Shown: one piece after another, positions 37,763 to 50,112 of the stretch | How the letters are laid out: each line of letters begins with the position of its first letter | How positions within the stretch are numbered: the stretch's first letter is position 1 | NCBI RefSeq assembly: GCF_964194155.1 | Contig: NC_135881.1 | Span: forward strand, 150,536,001-150,600,000 | DNA length: 64,000 nucleotides | Direction: 5' to 3' | Source of the DNA: Cetorhinus maximus | Taxonomy: Eukaryota | Notes under the pieces: generated by a model | What the model saw: the letters and a program-made list of their open reading frames with translations, nothing else | Told to the model about the DNA's origin: nothing | The model's database searches: none | Made by a program: the position numbers and the translations under genes

Positions 37763-39269
37763 TCACACGAGGGCCTACATGTTTGTCTTGAGAAAACATT
37801 TCTTTAAAAATAGCCATTTACTTTTAAGTCTTGCCCCAATCGGGACAAAACAACTCTTATTTGAGCACAAAATGAATATATATTAAATATTTTAAATTTT
37901 AAAAGGTAGGTTAAAGCAGTAAATGCTCCTTCTTTTCACCAGACTTTGTGTGGTCTTGCAAATTCAAGAAGTACTCTACGAGCATAGCACTGTAAAACCA
38001 GTCCAGACTCTTAAAAATGTCTATCTATATTGTGTGTACAGGAGTACAGCTGCACAATATGCAATCACATTTGCTGTACAAGGCTATAGAAAAAGCCGAA
38101 GCACTTACATTTGACACATGCACAGTTCCACCATAAAAGAAAGCTGTAGGATACGTGTATGAGGTTAGTACTTGTACTGAAAGAAAGTTAAATTAAAAGC
38201 ACATACTGAAGTTTGAATTACATTTTATTACATTAAAACATTACATATAAAATGCACAGTGAAAACCTGTGGTTAATTTACAGATTAAAAATAGCATCAT
38301 TTCAGGTTTCCATGCTTCAAATTTTGAAGGTTTCAATAGGAGATGTTGAAAGATTTCCAAAATATTTGAACACTTTTGGAGTGTAGTAGAGCAATATTCA
38401 GCTGCACTTTGTAAACTAGTTCTTCCTGTATCTTAGTTATAATAGTCCCAGCCCTGTTGTTGTCTTTCGTTGTGAACATTTTTGAATCAAGCAATAGACA
38501 GGCCATACCAAGGATGAGCACAAAACTTTTTCAAAATCTTTAACTTCTCCCTTTTAGGTGCTTTAACTTGTAACAACCAGAATAATGCTTAGCTCTGATT
38601 TCTCTAAGCAGAGTCGTTCAAGATGTTATTTACCTTCCAAGATTATGCTAGCGTCATGGTTTCCTGCAGAAACTAAATGGCAGGTGTGCATACACAGGAG
38701 AGTTGCCATTAGACATGAACACTTGGTTAGGAAGTTGAAAAACAGGGTTTCTGGGAAGTCTGGATAGGCCAAAAGCAAAAAGCCATTAGCATCAGGCACA
38801 GTGGTCTGCAACAGGAAGAACAAGCAGTTCTCAAGGTATCCATAAATGTAAGACATTATTTTCTTTGGATTTACTGGATGGAAAGTGTTGAGAGCTGTAA
38901 TATTAAATGAGATAAATTGTATTGAATTTACACCACAGAAACAGGCCATTCAGTCTACTCCAGTGTTTTTTCGCCACAAAAGCCTCCTCCCACTCTATTT
39001 ACTTCATCTCATGATAACAATATATCCTCTATTCCTTTCTCCCTCATGTATTTACTTAACTTCCTCTTAAATGTGTCTATCCTATTCGCTTCAATGACTT
39101 CATATAGAACAGATTCCACATTCTCACTACTCTCGAGGTAAATACATTTTCCTTGCTGAATCTATTAGTAAGCATCTTCTACTAATGGTGTCTAATTCTC
39201 GACTATCCTACAAGTGGAAACAGAGGGTAATTTTAAACCCCCCTGCTCCCCCAAACAGGTGTGAAAGAG

Positions 39270-39743
39270 CACAGAAATCTTCCTGAGGCAGCTCCGTGCC
39301 TCAGGAAGGGTAAGTTCAGTTATAAAGATGGCAAAAAAAAATATTCAGACATGTCCCCTCGTGTGACATTGTCACATGAGCTGGGACATGTTTATGAATT
39401 TTCATGAAAAATTTTATTTAATTAATAAAACACTTCATGAAACCAATCCCGCCAGTGGATGAGACTTCATGAAAAATGCGAAGGCCGCCTGGGCTCTTCG
39501 CCTGCCCGTCAACCTTAAGGTTGGACGGGCAGCCCTGACAATCACTTCAATTAGTTTATTAATGGCCTTAACAGGCCATTGACAGTTAGTTGGGCACGCA
39601 ACCGACTCCGGTGCACGCCCGCCGAGCTAAAGATCGGAATGACGCACAGTGACGTTGGGATGCAGGCCCGACATCACCGCATGTCATTTTATGCGTTGGT
39701 ATGCGGGGCCCGCCCCCGCACACCGAACAGAAGATTCTGCCCC
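39270..39743 (-). mobile_element. MITE family A copy (one end missing), nested in a family B element (~39223-40120)
   Basis: Reverse complement of 697-1165; ends AAGATTCTGCCC; hairpins present. Confidence 0.82.
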
Positions 39744-40249
39744 TGGAAACAGGATGAAAGGTGGGCAATCAATGCATTTTCAGGCGGGTCAATCAGTGAA
39801 ACCTTTTAAGGAGACTGCATGCCTCCATTTTAACATGCTTTCTATTTTAACTCAAGTTGGGTACTCAGGTCAAAGGAAGTGAGAAGTGTTAGGTCCATCA
39901 GGTAAGTGCCTTACTACTGGTGGGACAGGATGAGCAGGAGACCTTCTTCCAGGCCCAATTGGCTAACCTATAAACACTCCTCACCCCAACTCTACAATCT
40001 TCCCCAAGAACCCCAGTTCCTCTTAGCTGCCCCTTCTCTCCCCCAATGATCTATGTGATCTAAGCCCACAATCTGTCAGTATTCCTCCCCTGATCACTGT
40101 TATCTCCCATACTCTACCCACCCGCTAGGATGTATTTACAGTTTTTTGAACTTGTCCATGCAGTCCATATTCTCTATTGTCTCAGCCAACCTGAACTGTG
40201 CATCCACATGCGATTCCACAATCCTCTAACAGGTTGGATCACAAGCTCC

Positions 40250-41992
40250 TTCCCTTGTTGTAGCCAAGAACCTACTCTGACCTCCTGGTCAGCTTTCAAT
40301 CTCATGGTAAGGTCCCATCATGTGAAGTGTCATTGTGTGAACAGGTCTCTGGCGCTGATGGCATCCTGCATGAACTCCTCATTGCACATATGTGGATGAC
40401 CCCTCCTTCATCTCTGGGAGCCCTCCTACTAGCCTTCCACCTCACGCTTCTCATGGACATGTAATGCTTCCTCCTCCTCCCCCTCGTCTTCCTCATCTGA
40501 GGAGAGGCCCCATTCCTCCTCATTTTCTAGGTCCAGAATCAACCCTCTTCTTACTGCCAGGTTGTGCAACATGCAGCAGACCACAACCATTCTGTAAAGT
40601 GCATGCTCTAGCAAGTTCCCCCATCTCCCCTCTGAATGGTCCATGAACCTGAACCTCACCATTAGAAGGCAATGGCCTGTTCAATGAGTTTTGGTGTTTG
40701 AACATGGTACTTATTGTGCCTTCTCTGCAGTTAGATCTGTGGATATCGCAGGGTGTGAGAAGTCACATTTTCAGGAGTTTAGCCCTTATCCCCGGGTATC
40801 CAGGCATGCACCGAGAGATGGGTCTAAACATTCTTGGCAACCAGAATTCCTGAGTATAAATCAATCATGGGAACTGCCAGGGTAGGAGGCACAGATATAT
40901 AAAAAAAACTTTTTTAGTGGTCACAAATGAGCTGCACCTTCAGGGAGAGGTAGCCCTTTCAGTTGATGTACACCCTGCAATTGGGGGAATGCTGAGACCG
41001 AGGCATATCCTGTGACCCTCTGTGCCTGTGCTGCACCACCTGAGTCAAAAAAGAGATGGAGCCGTCCATCATGGCAAAAGGGTATCGATTACTTGATGGC
41101 TGCAGTTGTGTGGACTGTGAGGTCCCAGAGGTCAGGTGCAGATCTTTGGAAAGAGCTAGTCACAAAGAGATTGAGGGGCACTGTGATTTTTAAGGCCAAC
41201 TAGGAAGACATATATCTGGTCTCCCCTTTGCTGGGGTTCTTCTCGCAAAAGATTACAAGGCTCAAGGGCCACCTCTGAGGCCAGACATATCCTCCTCTGA
41301 CGTTGCCTCTCGGTCATGTCAAGGTACATTGCCTTGCCCCATGGTGGTGGTACCTCCCCTGCCTTGGTGGCATCCAGGTGGTGAGTGAAGCATTTCAAAC
41401 TGTTGCTGTTGCTGCTGCTGCTCTGCCTGTGTCTGTATGTACCTCAGATGGGATAAAGCTGCTCCCATTGTAGATTGCAGGTGTTAAAAGTACTTTTCTC
41501 CATACTTAGGAGGTTAAAATCAAAGCACAGGTTTCATTTTTGCTGTAGTTTAGATGTGACTCTGCCTTTAAGGGAACCTTCCTTCCACTCCCCATCCCTG
41601 CCAGACATTAAACTTGCTTGCAGGCAGTGTTTGGTGCTTCAACAATTGAGCAAAATAGTGAGGTAAGTTTTTTTTATTTCCTACCAGCTCTCCCTTATCT
41701 GCCGAATTTCTCCACAACTTGACAGTGGTGACACAGGTTTAATGGAGTCAGAAACTGTGTGAGTGCCAACCAACATGTGTTACTAAAAGCGAATTCTGTC
41801 CCCTTATTAAACTGTGGAGCCCGACATTAGCGGGAGCAGGTAAATGTTCCACCCAGGAGGTATTTCACACCCACGAAAGTGGCTGACAGAAATGGGCCAT
41901 ATTCAGGGATGCTGAGGAAAATCCTATTTCCACCAAAGTGTGGGCATTCCTGCACTGGAATGCGCCTCCAAACTCTGACAAAAATTCAGCCC
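40250..41992 (-). mobile_element. Decayed Harbinger element with transposase remnant (~40380-41470)
   Basis: GDKG, KLIEQAI, MVRFRFMDHS, VCCMLHNLAVRRG, acidic tail; terminus AAAATTCAGCCC at 41992. Confidence 0.75.
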
Positions 41993-41994
41993 CA

Positions 41995-42170
41995 ATTGTT
42001 AATTTTAAATCTGAGAATGCTAGATTTTTGTGAATCAAAGGTATTAAGGGATATGGGACAAAGGAGGGTATATGGAGTTAGGTCTCAGATCACCCATGAG
42101 TGCATTGAATAGTGGAACAGGCTCAAAGTGTGAAATGGTCTACTCCTATTCCTATGTTCCTCTGTTCCCG
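41995..42170 (+). mobile_element. CR1 3' end fragment
   Basis: AAGGGATATGGG...CTACTCCTATTCCTATGTTCC. Confidence 0.7.
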
Positions 42171-42387
42171 TTGAATGCATCTATGCTATTTACCTCAACT
42201 GCCTCTTGTGGTAGTGAGTTCCACACAATCTTTGAATATTGAAGTGTCTCCTGAATTCCCTATTAGATTAATTAGCAACTTATATTTATGGCCACTAGTA
42301 TTGGGCTCCCCCAACTATGAGCACATCTTCTCCGTGTCATGGTCATCTCAATAGTAAATTTTTTACAAGTAACAAATGTTTGCATAC

Positions 42388-42846
42388 GTGTCAGCTGTGG
42401 CTCAGCTTGTAGCATGCTTGCTTCTCAGTTATAAGGTTATGTGTTCAAGTTCCACTCCAGGATTGACCACAAAAATCAAGGCTGACACACCCGTCCAGTA
42501 CTCAGGGTGCGTTGCACTGTTGGATGTGCTGTCTCTCACTTAAAACATTAAACCAAGACCCTATCTGCCTGCTCTAGAGGATGGAAAAGATCCCCTGGCA
42601 CAACTGAACAAGAGCAGGGGAGTTATTCCAGGTGCCTGACCAATATCTATCCCTCAATCAACATCACAGAAACAGATTTTCTGATCACTGTCACATTGGT
42701 GTTTGTGGGAGTTTGCTGTGCGCAAAACTGGCTGCCATGTTTCCTGCATCACAACTGTGACTACATTTCAAAAAAATTACTCCATTGGCTATAATGGGCA
42801 TTGATGGTCATGAAAGGTGTTGTAGAAATGCAAGTCTTTCTTTTTT
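42388..42846 (+). mobile_element. DeuSINE (SacSINE1-like), full length
   Basis: A box TGGCTCAGCTTG, B box GTTCAAGT, Deu domain, tail AAATGCAAGTCTTTCTTTT. Confidence 0.88.
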
Positions 42847-43348
42847 TAACATGTTCCCCTCTAAGTTGAAAAGTTGTACGTTCAGTTCCCACTGTGAATG
42901 CCAGCATGCATTCACTTTTGGCAGGGGGTGCAGAAATAGGCAGGAATGAATGGGCTGCCTGTTACACACTCCACCCTCCTTCATGGAAAGGAAAAGGCCG
43001 TGTAACGGACCGAGCAGCTACCGTCATTTTCCGCTCCCGTTGGAAGTGAATTTGGTCCCCTTTAGTGCAATGCAGAGGGAAAGCTGCATTGTAGAGGTGC
43101 TCAGATGAAATTGTCAGATGTAGAGCTGAATGTTTGCTCCTGGGTCGAGAAGAAGGAGTCAGGAAATCTCCTGACTTGCCGTACCTGTCTCGGGGAAAAG
43201 TGTCCTGCATGGCAGGAACTTCTTTCTGGGGGTGGGCCGGGTATGTGATGGAGTCCAGACCATCACCCCTAGAGGCTGATCAGAGGTGGCCATAGATGCT
43301 GTCGAGTGCCAGGGCGAGCTAGTTAAAAGGCCTGCCTCAGTTCACTAG

Positions 43349-44046
43349 GGGCTGAATTTTCACCTCGGTATGCGGGTGCACACCTGACACGCATGAGCGT
43401 GAAATTGAGTGCAATAACGTCAGGCAAGTGTCCCGATGTCATCGCGCACTCGCATGATATATCGGTCGGCAGGCACACGCGGGAGTCAGCAGCGTGCCAG
43501 CCGACAATTAAGATGGCTGTTAAGCCGATTTATTCATTAATTAAATGGAATTTTTCCCTTCCCGTCCAACCATATGGTCGATGGGTGGGTGAATAGGCCA
43601 AGCAGCCTTTCGATTTTTGAGGAAACCTCATCCACGGACGGGATGAGGTTTCCGATGTTAATCAAGAATAAAATAAAAGTTTTCAGAAAAAGTTTGCAAC
43701 ATGTCCCTGCTCGTGCGACAGAATCACATGAGGGGATATGTTTTCCTCATTTTTTAAAACTTTATTTTTAATGTGGAAAATCTTCAGCTCCTTGAGGCAG
43801 CTCTGTTGCCTTCAGGAAGCATTCTGTGAGTGCGCCCGCGCGCATCCACTGACTTCCACGCTCGCCTTCCTTACCCCCCGCACCCAGGCAGTGCTGAGCG
43901 TTTTACTGCACAATTCACACTGGCTGGCAATTAATTGGCCCGCTAGGGTGAAATCACGTTCAGGGCCCACTCACAGGCGGTGGACAGTTGTGCGGCCGTT
44001 CCCGGCCCACCTGCCGTGCCCACCTGACAAAGCGAAAATCCTTTCC
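43349..44046 (+). mobile_element. MITE family A copy
   Basis: GGGCTGAATTTT...AAAATCCTTTCC with exact TAG TSD (43346-43348 and 44047-44049). Confidence 0.88.
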
Positions 44047-44104
44047 TAGGACTTTTTTCCAGTTGTTTTCTTAAACAATAGGCTCAACAAACAAACATTT
44101 GTAT

Positions 44105-45636
44105 TGTAAGGAACACATCTTTTTATTTCTGTTGGACTGTTGTAAAGAACATTGGAGTGTGGTAAGATTACAATGGCCGCAGTTGAAAGACATATGTCCA
44201 CTGGAACAGAATGAGGGATATATACAATGTTGCAGTCCTGGAACAGAGTGTGCCATGAAAGACAGGGTGGTGCCGGAGAGGAGTCCTGGACCAAATGAGC
44301 TGCCTGACAACATTATTTTAATTGGCTCCTGACCAGGTGAGGGGCAGAATTTTGCCCTTGGTGGGTAGGCTCAGCGGGGGTGGTCTGGAAGCTGACTGCC
44401 ACCTGCGATTGGCACCAGGCTGTGGTTTCACACAGTTAAGGCCCACCTAGTGTGAAACACGAGCAGCAGCGCTGAGCGCTACCTGTGTGGACGGGCGAGA
44501 AGGGCAAGCAGGCCAAGCGCGAACTTTGTGCATGCACAGAGCTGCCTCAGGGAGATGAAGCGATATGAAAAAAATCACAAAAAAAAGTTATGAAACATGT
44601 CCCTTCTGTCACATGAGCAGGGACATGTTATTAATGAAAAATTAAAGCTTTTATTTTATCTTTATTTGCTTTTGGAAACCTCATCCCACCCATGGATGAG
44701 GTTTCCAAAAAAAATGCAAAGGCCGTTGGCTTTTTCGCCTGCCCACCAACCGTTAGGTTGGACAGGCAGAGAAAAATTGAAGTTAATTGATTAGTTAATG
44801 ACCTTAACAGGGCTTTTAATTGTCGGCGGGTGCACTGCCGTCTCCAGCGTGTGCCCGCTGATTGAACTATCGCGTGACTGTGCGTTAACGTCGGCACGCT
44901 CAGCCAATGTCAACACGCGTCATTTCATGCTCGAGCAGGTCGGCGCACACCCACCTGCCGAGCAAAAATTTCTGCCCCAGGTTTTGTGTGAGGGCAATGC
45001 ATCAGAATAGCTCCTAGCCTGAAAGGAACAAGGCCTAAAACCTCTTTTTCCTGCTTGTGGAAGTTTCCAGTAATTCAACAATAATAGCTAGCTGGTTTTT
45101 TTTCTTCTTCTCATGTCTCTATGACATGCTCTCTCTCTGAAAACCCCTGTACAAAAGTAAAGTTAGAGTTATTGAAAGTCAAGTGCTTAACCAGTGAACT
45201 CCAGACAGAAAGTGCTGGAAGACTACCTCATGTCATCAACAAGAACTGAAAGGAATTTGGAAGACATCGATCAAAATCAACCAATCGAGTCCTGTACTCT
45301 GGAATTGGTGCTATTGAACTGTTTTACCCCACCCTTAAAATCCATGTTTTGTGTGTCTTATGTGCCTTGTGTGTGTGTATAGGGATTTAAGAAGGGGGTA
45401 CAGTTTAAGTTAAAGTGTTAGAAGTTATTTCTTTCTTTTACCGCCAATTAAAAACAATTTGTTCAATAAACAGTTATTTACTTATTAAGTTTACAAACCT
45501 GGTGCTCGTATTCTGTTAACCTAAATTAAACAGTTAGGTAGAATTGGGGAAATCTGATAGTTTGCTCAAACTTTTCACATTTGTCGTGGGTCGGGGAATA
45601 GTGAGGCTTGATATTACAGTGCACAGAGTCATGACA
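44105..45636 (+). mobile_element. Solo LTR (Gypsy-type) containing a MITE
   Basis: TGTAAG...ATGACA flanked by exact 4-bp TSD GTAT (44101-44104 and 45637-45640); AATAAA at ~45465. Confidence 0.75.
44342..44977 (-). mobile_element. MITE family A copy
   Basis: GGGCAGAATTTTGC...GCAAAAATTTCTGCCC; flanks GAG/CAG. Confidence 0.88.
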
Positions 45637-45804
45637 GTATTCATAATCCTATATCAAAGACAGCTAATCATCGAATAACTTCTTTGAGCTGCCAATCAAA
45701 CTGTGATCTCACAACCCCCCCACTGGGGGAATGAGGATGATTAATAATGCTATAATGATAGCACTTAAAGTTATGTTAGCAAATAGCTGTTGAAACTGAG
45801 GATA

Positions 45805-48540
45805 GTGAGTTCCCGCGACGTGGTGTGACGCACATGGATTCAGTGCCGCAAGCATTTCAGTGACCTCTTGCGCTCTAGAAGGGTGAGTGCCATGTTGGCA
45901 TTGGTCACTTAACACAACAGGTCAGCTTTCCCCGCTGGCTACCACTGCCCCCCCACCAACTCTGAGTGCAGTTACTGCATTGAGTCATTGACGGCATGTG
46001 TCCTTTGCTGGCTTGGCCAGCAGATGTTGCCCGTGCCGAGGTCACCCTGAGAGGGTGATGATGAGATTGGTTCTGCACTCATTAGATTGACACCCACATT
46101 ACTATTTTGGGGTCAGCCTGGAGGATCTGCATCTAGGCGCCGTGCTGCAACTGCAAAACGTGTCACAGTCAGGGTGCTGACATGCTGGGAGGGGAGCTTC
46201 CAGGAGGCACGGCACTGATCCATCTGCTGCCCTTTGCATTCCATGTGCTTGCACCTTCTTGCTTTGCAAGCTTAGACCATGTGATGCCAAATGTGATGTA
46301 GGCAGCATTTGGCCGGGGGGCTGGTATGGACAGTCCTGGTATCTTTGTGTGAGTGTGCAGCAGCTGTGGAGTGAGGAGGCACTGGAGCCCTCAATGTCCC
46401 ATTATGGTTGGCGTGGGACGGCAGCGAAGAGATTCCAGGTACAAGTTGCACTAATCAATGCTCTTCTCTCCATTTCAGGAGAAGAATGCTCATAGTGCCG
46501 CTGAGCGATTGAGGACTGGCGGAGAGCCGGCCCAGTTGGCGATCAATAGCGGGTTTGAGCAGGAGGCCTTCCATCTGGAGAGGCCGCCATGCGCCCAGGT
46601 CCACCGGTGTCGGTGAGGCTGGGGTGCCACGGGCAGGTATGGTTGCCCAGCACTGAGGTCACCATTAGTGTCCAAGCAGCCATGGCACTGCTGAATGTTC
46701 AGTGATTGAAGTTTGCAACATGGCTTGACCATTGTTTACGGAAGGATGAGCGAATAGTGATCCAGGGGACAGGGATGCACATTGGCATTGTCTCCACGTT
46801 AACTAATCAAATGTCCTTCTTCCTTTCAGCATCAGCGGAGCAGGGCTGGGAGGAGGAGCAGCAGGGGCCCCCTCTCACACCTGAGGGCCCTGAAGTCTCT
46901 GACCCAGCAGCATCACACCATTTCTGCCAGAAAGGCACCAACGCAGATACTAACACCTTGGTGAGAATTAGATCATCGGCTAGTGTCCTGGGGTACAGCG
47001 GTGAGGGCACTTCATAGTCGCTGGAGGAGCTGGCAGAGACAGAGAGCGTCCATGGCGCCAGCAGTCGGAGGACTGCAGGGGACCAGGCACACGCTCAGTC
47101 GGTGGCTGATGATGTGCCTCTGGAGTCGTCCGTGAGGCAGCAAATGCTGGAAGTCCAGCAGAGTGTGCAGGAAGATCTGGCAGAGATACATGAGGCTATG
47201 CTTGACTTGGTCTTCATGGTGGAGGAGTCCACGCGGACCATTGCCAATGCAATGAGTCTCATGGCCAAGCGCCATGCTTCCTCCATGGAGAGAGTGGTGA
47301 CTGTCATGGAAAGGCTCCTCCAGGAGACCAATCAGGGCTTCCTGGGGATGCACTCTGACCAGCAAGCCCTCACATCGGCATTGACCTCAGCTGGTCAGTG
47401 CCAGTGTGGGAGATGGTCTGGGCACCAAGTTTCCCAGCTCGGTGCCCATCCATCTACGGTGAGCAGGGAGGTCTGAAGCGACCTCATGTCGGCCAGCAGC
47501 TGCCTGTCGTCTCTGCGGGCTCCTCTCAGGGCGCTCCGGATGAGGGCAGCAGCTTCTCCGCCCCTCTGCCAGTGACCGTGGCATCCGATGAGGCTGCAAC
47601 AACTGGGGAGATGCCAGCTATGGAACTGGCTGCTCCCTCCCAGGCGGGGCCAGCACAGGCTCCACGGGCCAGAGGACAATCGCCAAGGTCATCAAGGCCA
47701 ACAGGACAGCAGAGAGAGCAGGCTGTCTCAGATGCCAGTGCCAGCGAGGGGGGGAGCACCTTTTTTTTTTTTTTTTTTGTAAAAATATACTTTATTCATA
47801 AAAATCTTCAATCACATTCAAAACCATTTCAAAAACAACATTACAAGGGTACAATCCAGGTTAAACTTTTACAAAATGTATCACCAGGTGCATCAGTACA
47901 AACAATATTACAGTCATTTACAGCCTTTCATTTTGATCTGTACAGCCCGAGGGGCTCTAAACAGTTCCCAGTCTCTCGGTGCGCTGTGGTAGAAAGGTCT
48001 TAGACAGCGACCCTTCCCCATTGCGCCTTTGCGGCAGCTGCCCCAAGCTTTAGTGCGTCCCTCAGCACGTAGTCCTGGACTTTGGATTGTGCCAGTCCGC
48101 AACAATCGGTCGGGGACAACTCTTTGTGCTGGAAGACCAACAAGTTTCGGGCAGACCAAAGCGCGTCTTTCACCGAGTTGATGATCCTCCAGCTGCAGTC
48201 GATGTTTGTCTCGGTGTGTGTCCCTGGGAACAGCCCGTAGAGCACAGAGTCCTGTGTCACAGAACTGCTCGGGATGAACCTCGACAGCAACCACTGCATC
48301 TCTCTCCAGACTTTCTTTGCAAAGGCACAATCCACAAGGAGGTGAACAACGGTCTCTTCCCCACCACAGCCACCTCGAGGGCATCGTGCAGAGGGGGTGA
48401 GCCTCCTGGCGTGTAGGAAGGATCTGACGGGGAGGGCCTTTCTCACCACCAGCCAAGCTACGTCTTGGTGCTTGTTGGAAAGTTCTGGCGATGAGGCATT
48501 CTGCCAAATGAGGGGGGGAGCACCTAGACGAAGCACCTGA
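45805..48540 (+). pseudogene. Harbinger Myb/SANT-like gene, multi-exon, disrupted
   Basis: RTWIQCRKHFSDLLRSRR|GTGAGT (45882); acceptor CATTTCAG|EKNAHSAAERLRTGG (46478); acceptor CCTTTCAG (46828) then coiled-coil QQMLEVQQSVQEDL. Confidence 0.8.
47761..48509 (-). mobile_element. Tx1/L1-clade LINE, 5'-truncated, near-identical to the 3' part of the 20152 copy
   Basis: Poly(A) tail; perfect TSD GAGGGGGGGAGCACC (47746-47760 and 48510-48524); zf-RVT C-terminus. Confidence 0.95.
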
Positions 48541-48901
48541 AAGTGTAAATTTAAGGTACCTGAGGCACACCACGGGTTTCTCACTGGTGCTTTTGTGTTG
48601 CCCCACAATGAGGTCATGGTTAGTTGATGTTCTGTTTATCACCTTAGTTATTTTGTTTCCTTAAGTTCATTTTGTCATATCATTAAATTTAGACATGTGA
48701 CCATGGCTGAGGGTGACTCTTTTCCTCTGCAGGTGAATGGTTACCCATGATGTTATGAGTGGGTTGTGTCACATTGAGCTTTATTAACAATGACCTTAGT
48801 TAATGTTCCTAACCTGGCAGATTTAGCACTCAGTTATCAAGTACGGAGCCTGCAGCCCAGGCTTTTGTTGGAGATCCATCTGTGGTGTTCTAGCTGAAGG
48901 T

Positions 48902-50112
48902 TCATTGGATTAAAGCCTCCCAAGTGTCCCTGCCTCCCTGGAGCATGCCTGGGTCAGCGTCTACCCCCTCAGCATTTCCCTGTGCACGCTCATCCTTGGA
49001 CCCACTGCTGGACTTACTGTGCGCATCCGGAGCAACTGCGTCTACATCTTCCTCATCCACTGCGTTCCCCCTTTCCAGTGCCAGATTGTGCAGAGCGCAG
49101 CATGTAGCCACTATCAGTGACACACGATCTGGGGGGTACTGGAGTGCACCCCCTGAACGGTCCAGGCATCGGAAGCGCATCTTGAGAAGACCGATGGCTC
49201 TCCCCACCACAACCCTTGTGCCGCCGTGGCTCCTATTGTACCGCTGCTCAGCTTCTGTTCTTGGATGGCAGAGAGGCATCATGAGCCACTTTCTGAGGGG
49301 ATAGCCCTTGTCACCCACCTGCCATCCATCCAGCTGGGCTGGAGCACTGAAGAGCCCCGGCACCTGGGAGTGTCTGAGGATGTAGGTGTTGTGGTAGCTG
49401 CCTGGGTACCTTGCACAGACTTGCAGAATCTGCATTCTGCGATCACACACTATCTGCACGTTCATGGAGTGGAAGCCCTTCCTGTTGATGAAGGCACCAG
49501 GCTCACCCGCTGGTGCCTTGATGGCCACATGTGTGCAGTCTATTGCACCCTGGACACGGGGGAAGCCAGCAATGGCTGCGAAGTCTCTGGCTCGCTCTGT
49601 CTGGCTTGCCTGGTCCCAACGGTAGTGGATGAAGGTCAATGCATGCCTGAGTAGAGCGTCTGTCACCTGCTTGACACAAGCGTGGACAGCTGATTGGGAG
49701 ATTCCAGAAAGATCACCCACTGAGCCCTGGAAGGAGCCAGAGACATAGATGTTACGGACAGCTGTGACCTTAAGAGCCACTGGCATGGGATGTCCACATG
49801 AGGTTTCAGGGCCTATCATTTGACAGATATAGTTGACTGTCTCCCTTGAGAGGTGGAGCCTCCATTGGAATTGCACCTCAGACATATTGAGGTAGCTGCT
49901 TCGCCGCCTGTATACCCTGGCAGCAGGATAGTGGCATCTTCTGCAGCCCCTTCCGCCTTGGACTTCCTGTTGGCCCTGCGCCCCTTGTGCCTGCACCTCT
50001 CCTCCCAAAGGTGGCTCCCTGGAGACTGAATGTGCACTCCTGGCCTCCTCCCCCTTCTGGCCCTCCCTTCCTCCTCAGATGAGGTGCCTCCAGTGGAGAG
50101 CACAACTCCCAT
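48902..50112 (-). pseudogene. Harbinger DDE transposase (HARBI1-like), long ORF but catalytic E lost
   Basis: GAIDCTHV, NRKGFHSMNVQIVCD, GDKGYPL, RVVVGRAIGLLKMRFRCL (G where E is expected); probable N-terminal frameshift. Confidence 0.9.

Noticed and set aside
48902-50112. Host HARBI1 gene
   Set aside because: It lies in a TIR-bearing element with a Myb partner, has related decayed copies nearby, and shows catalytic substitutions.
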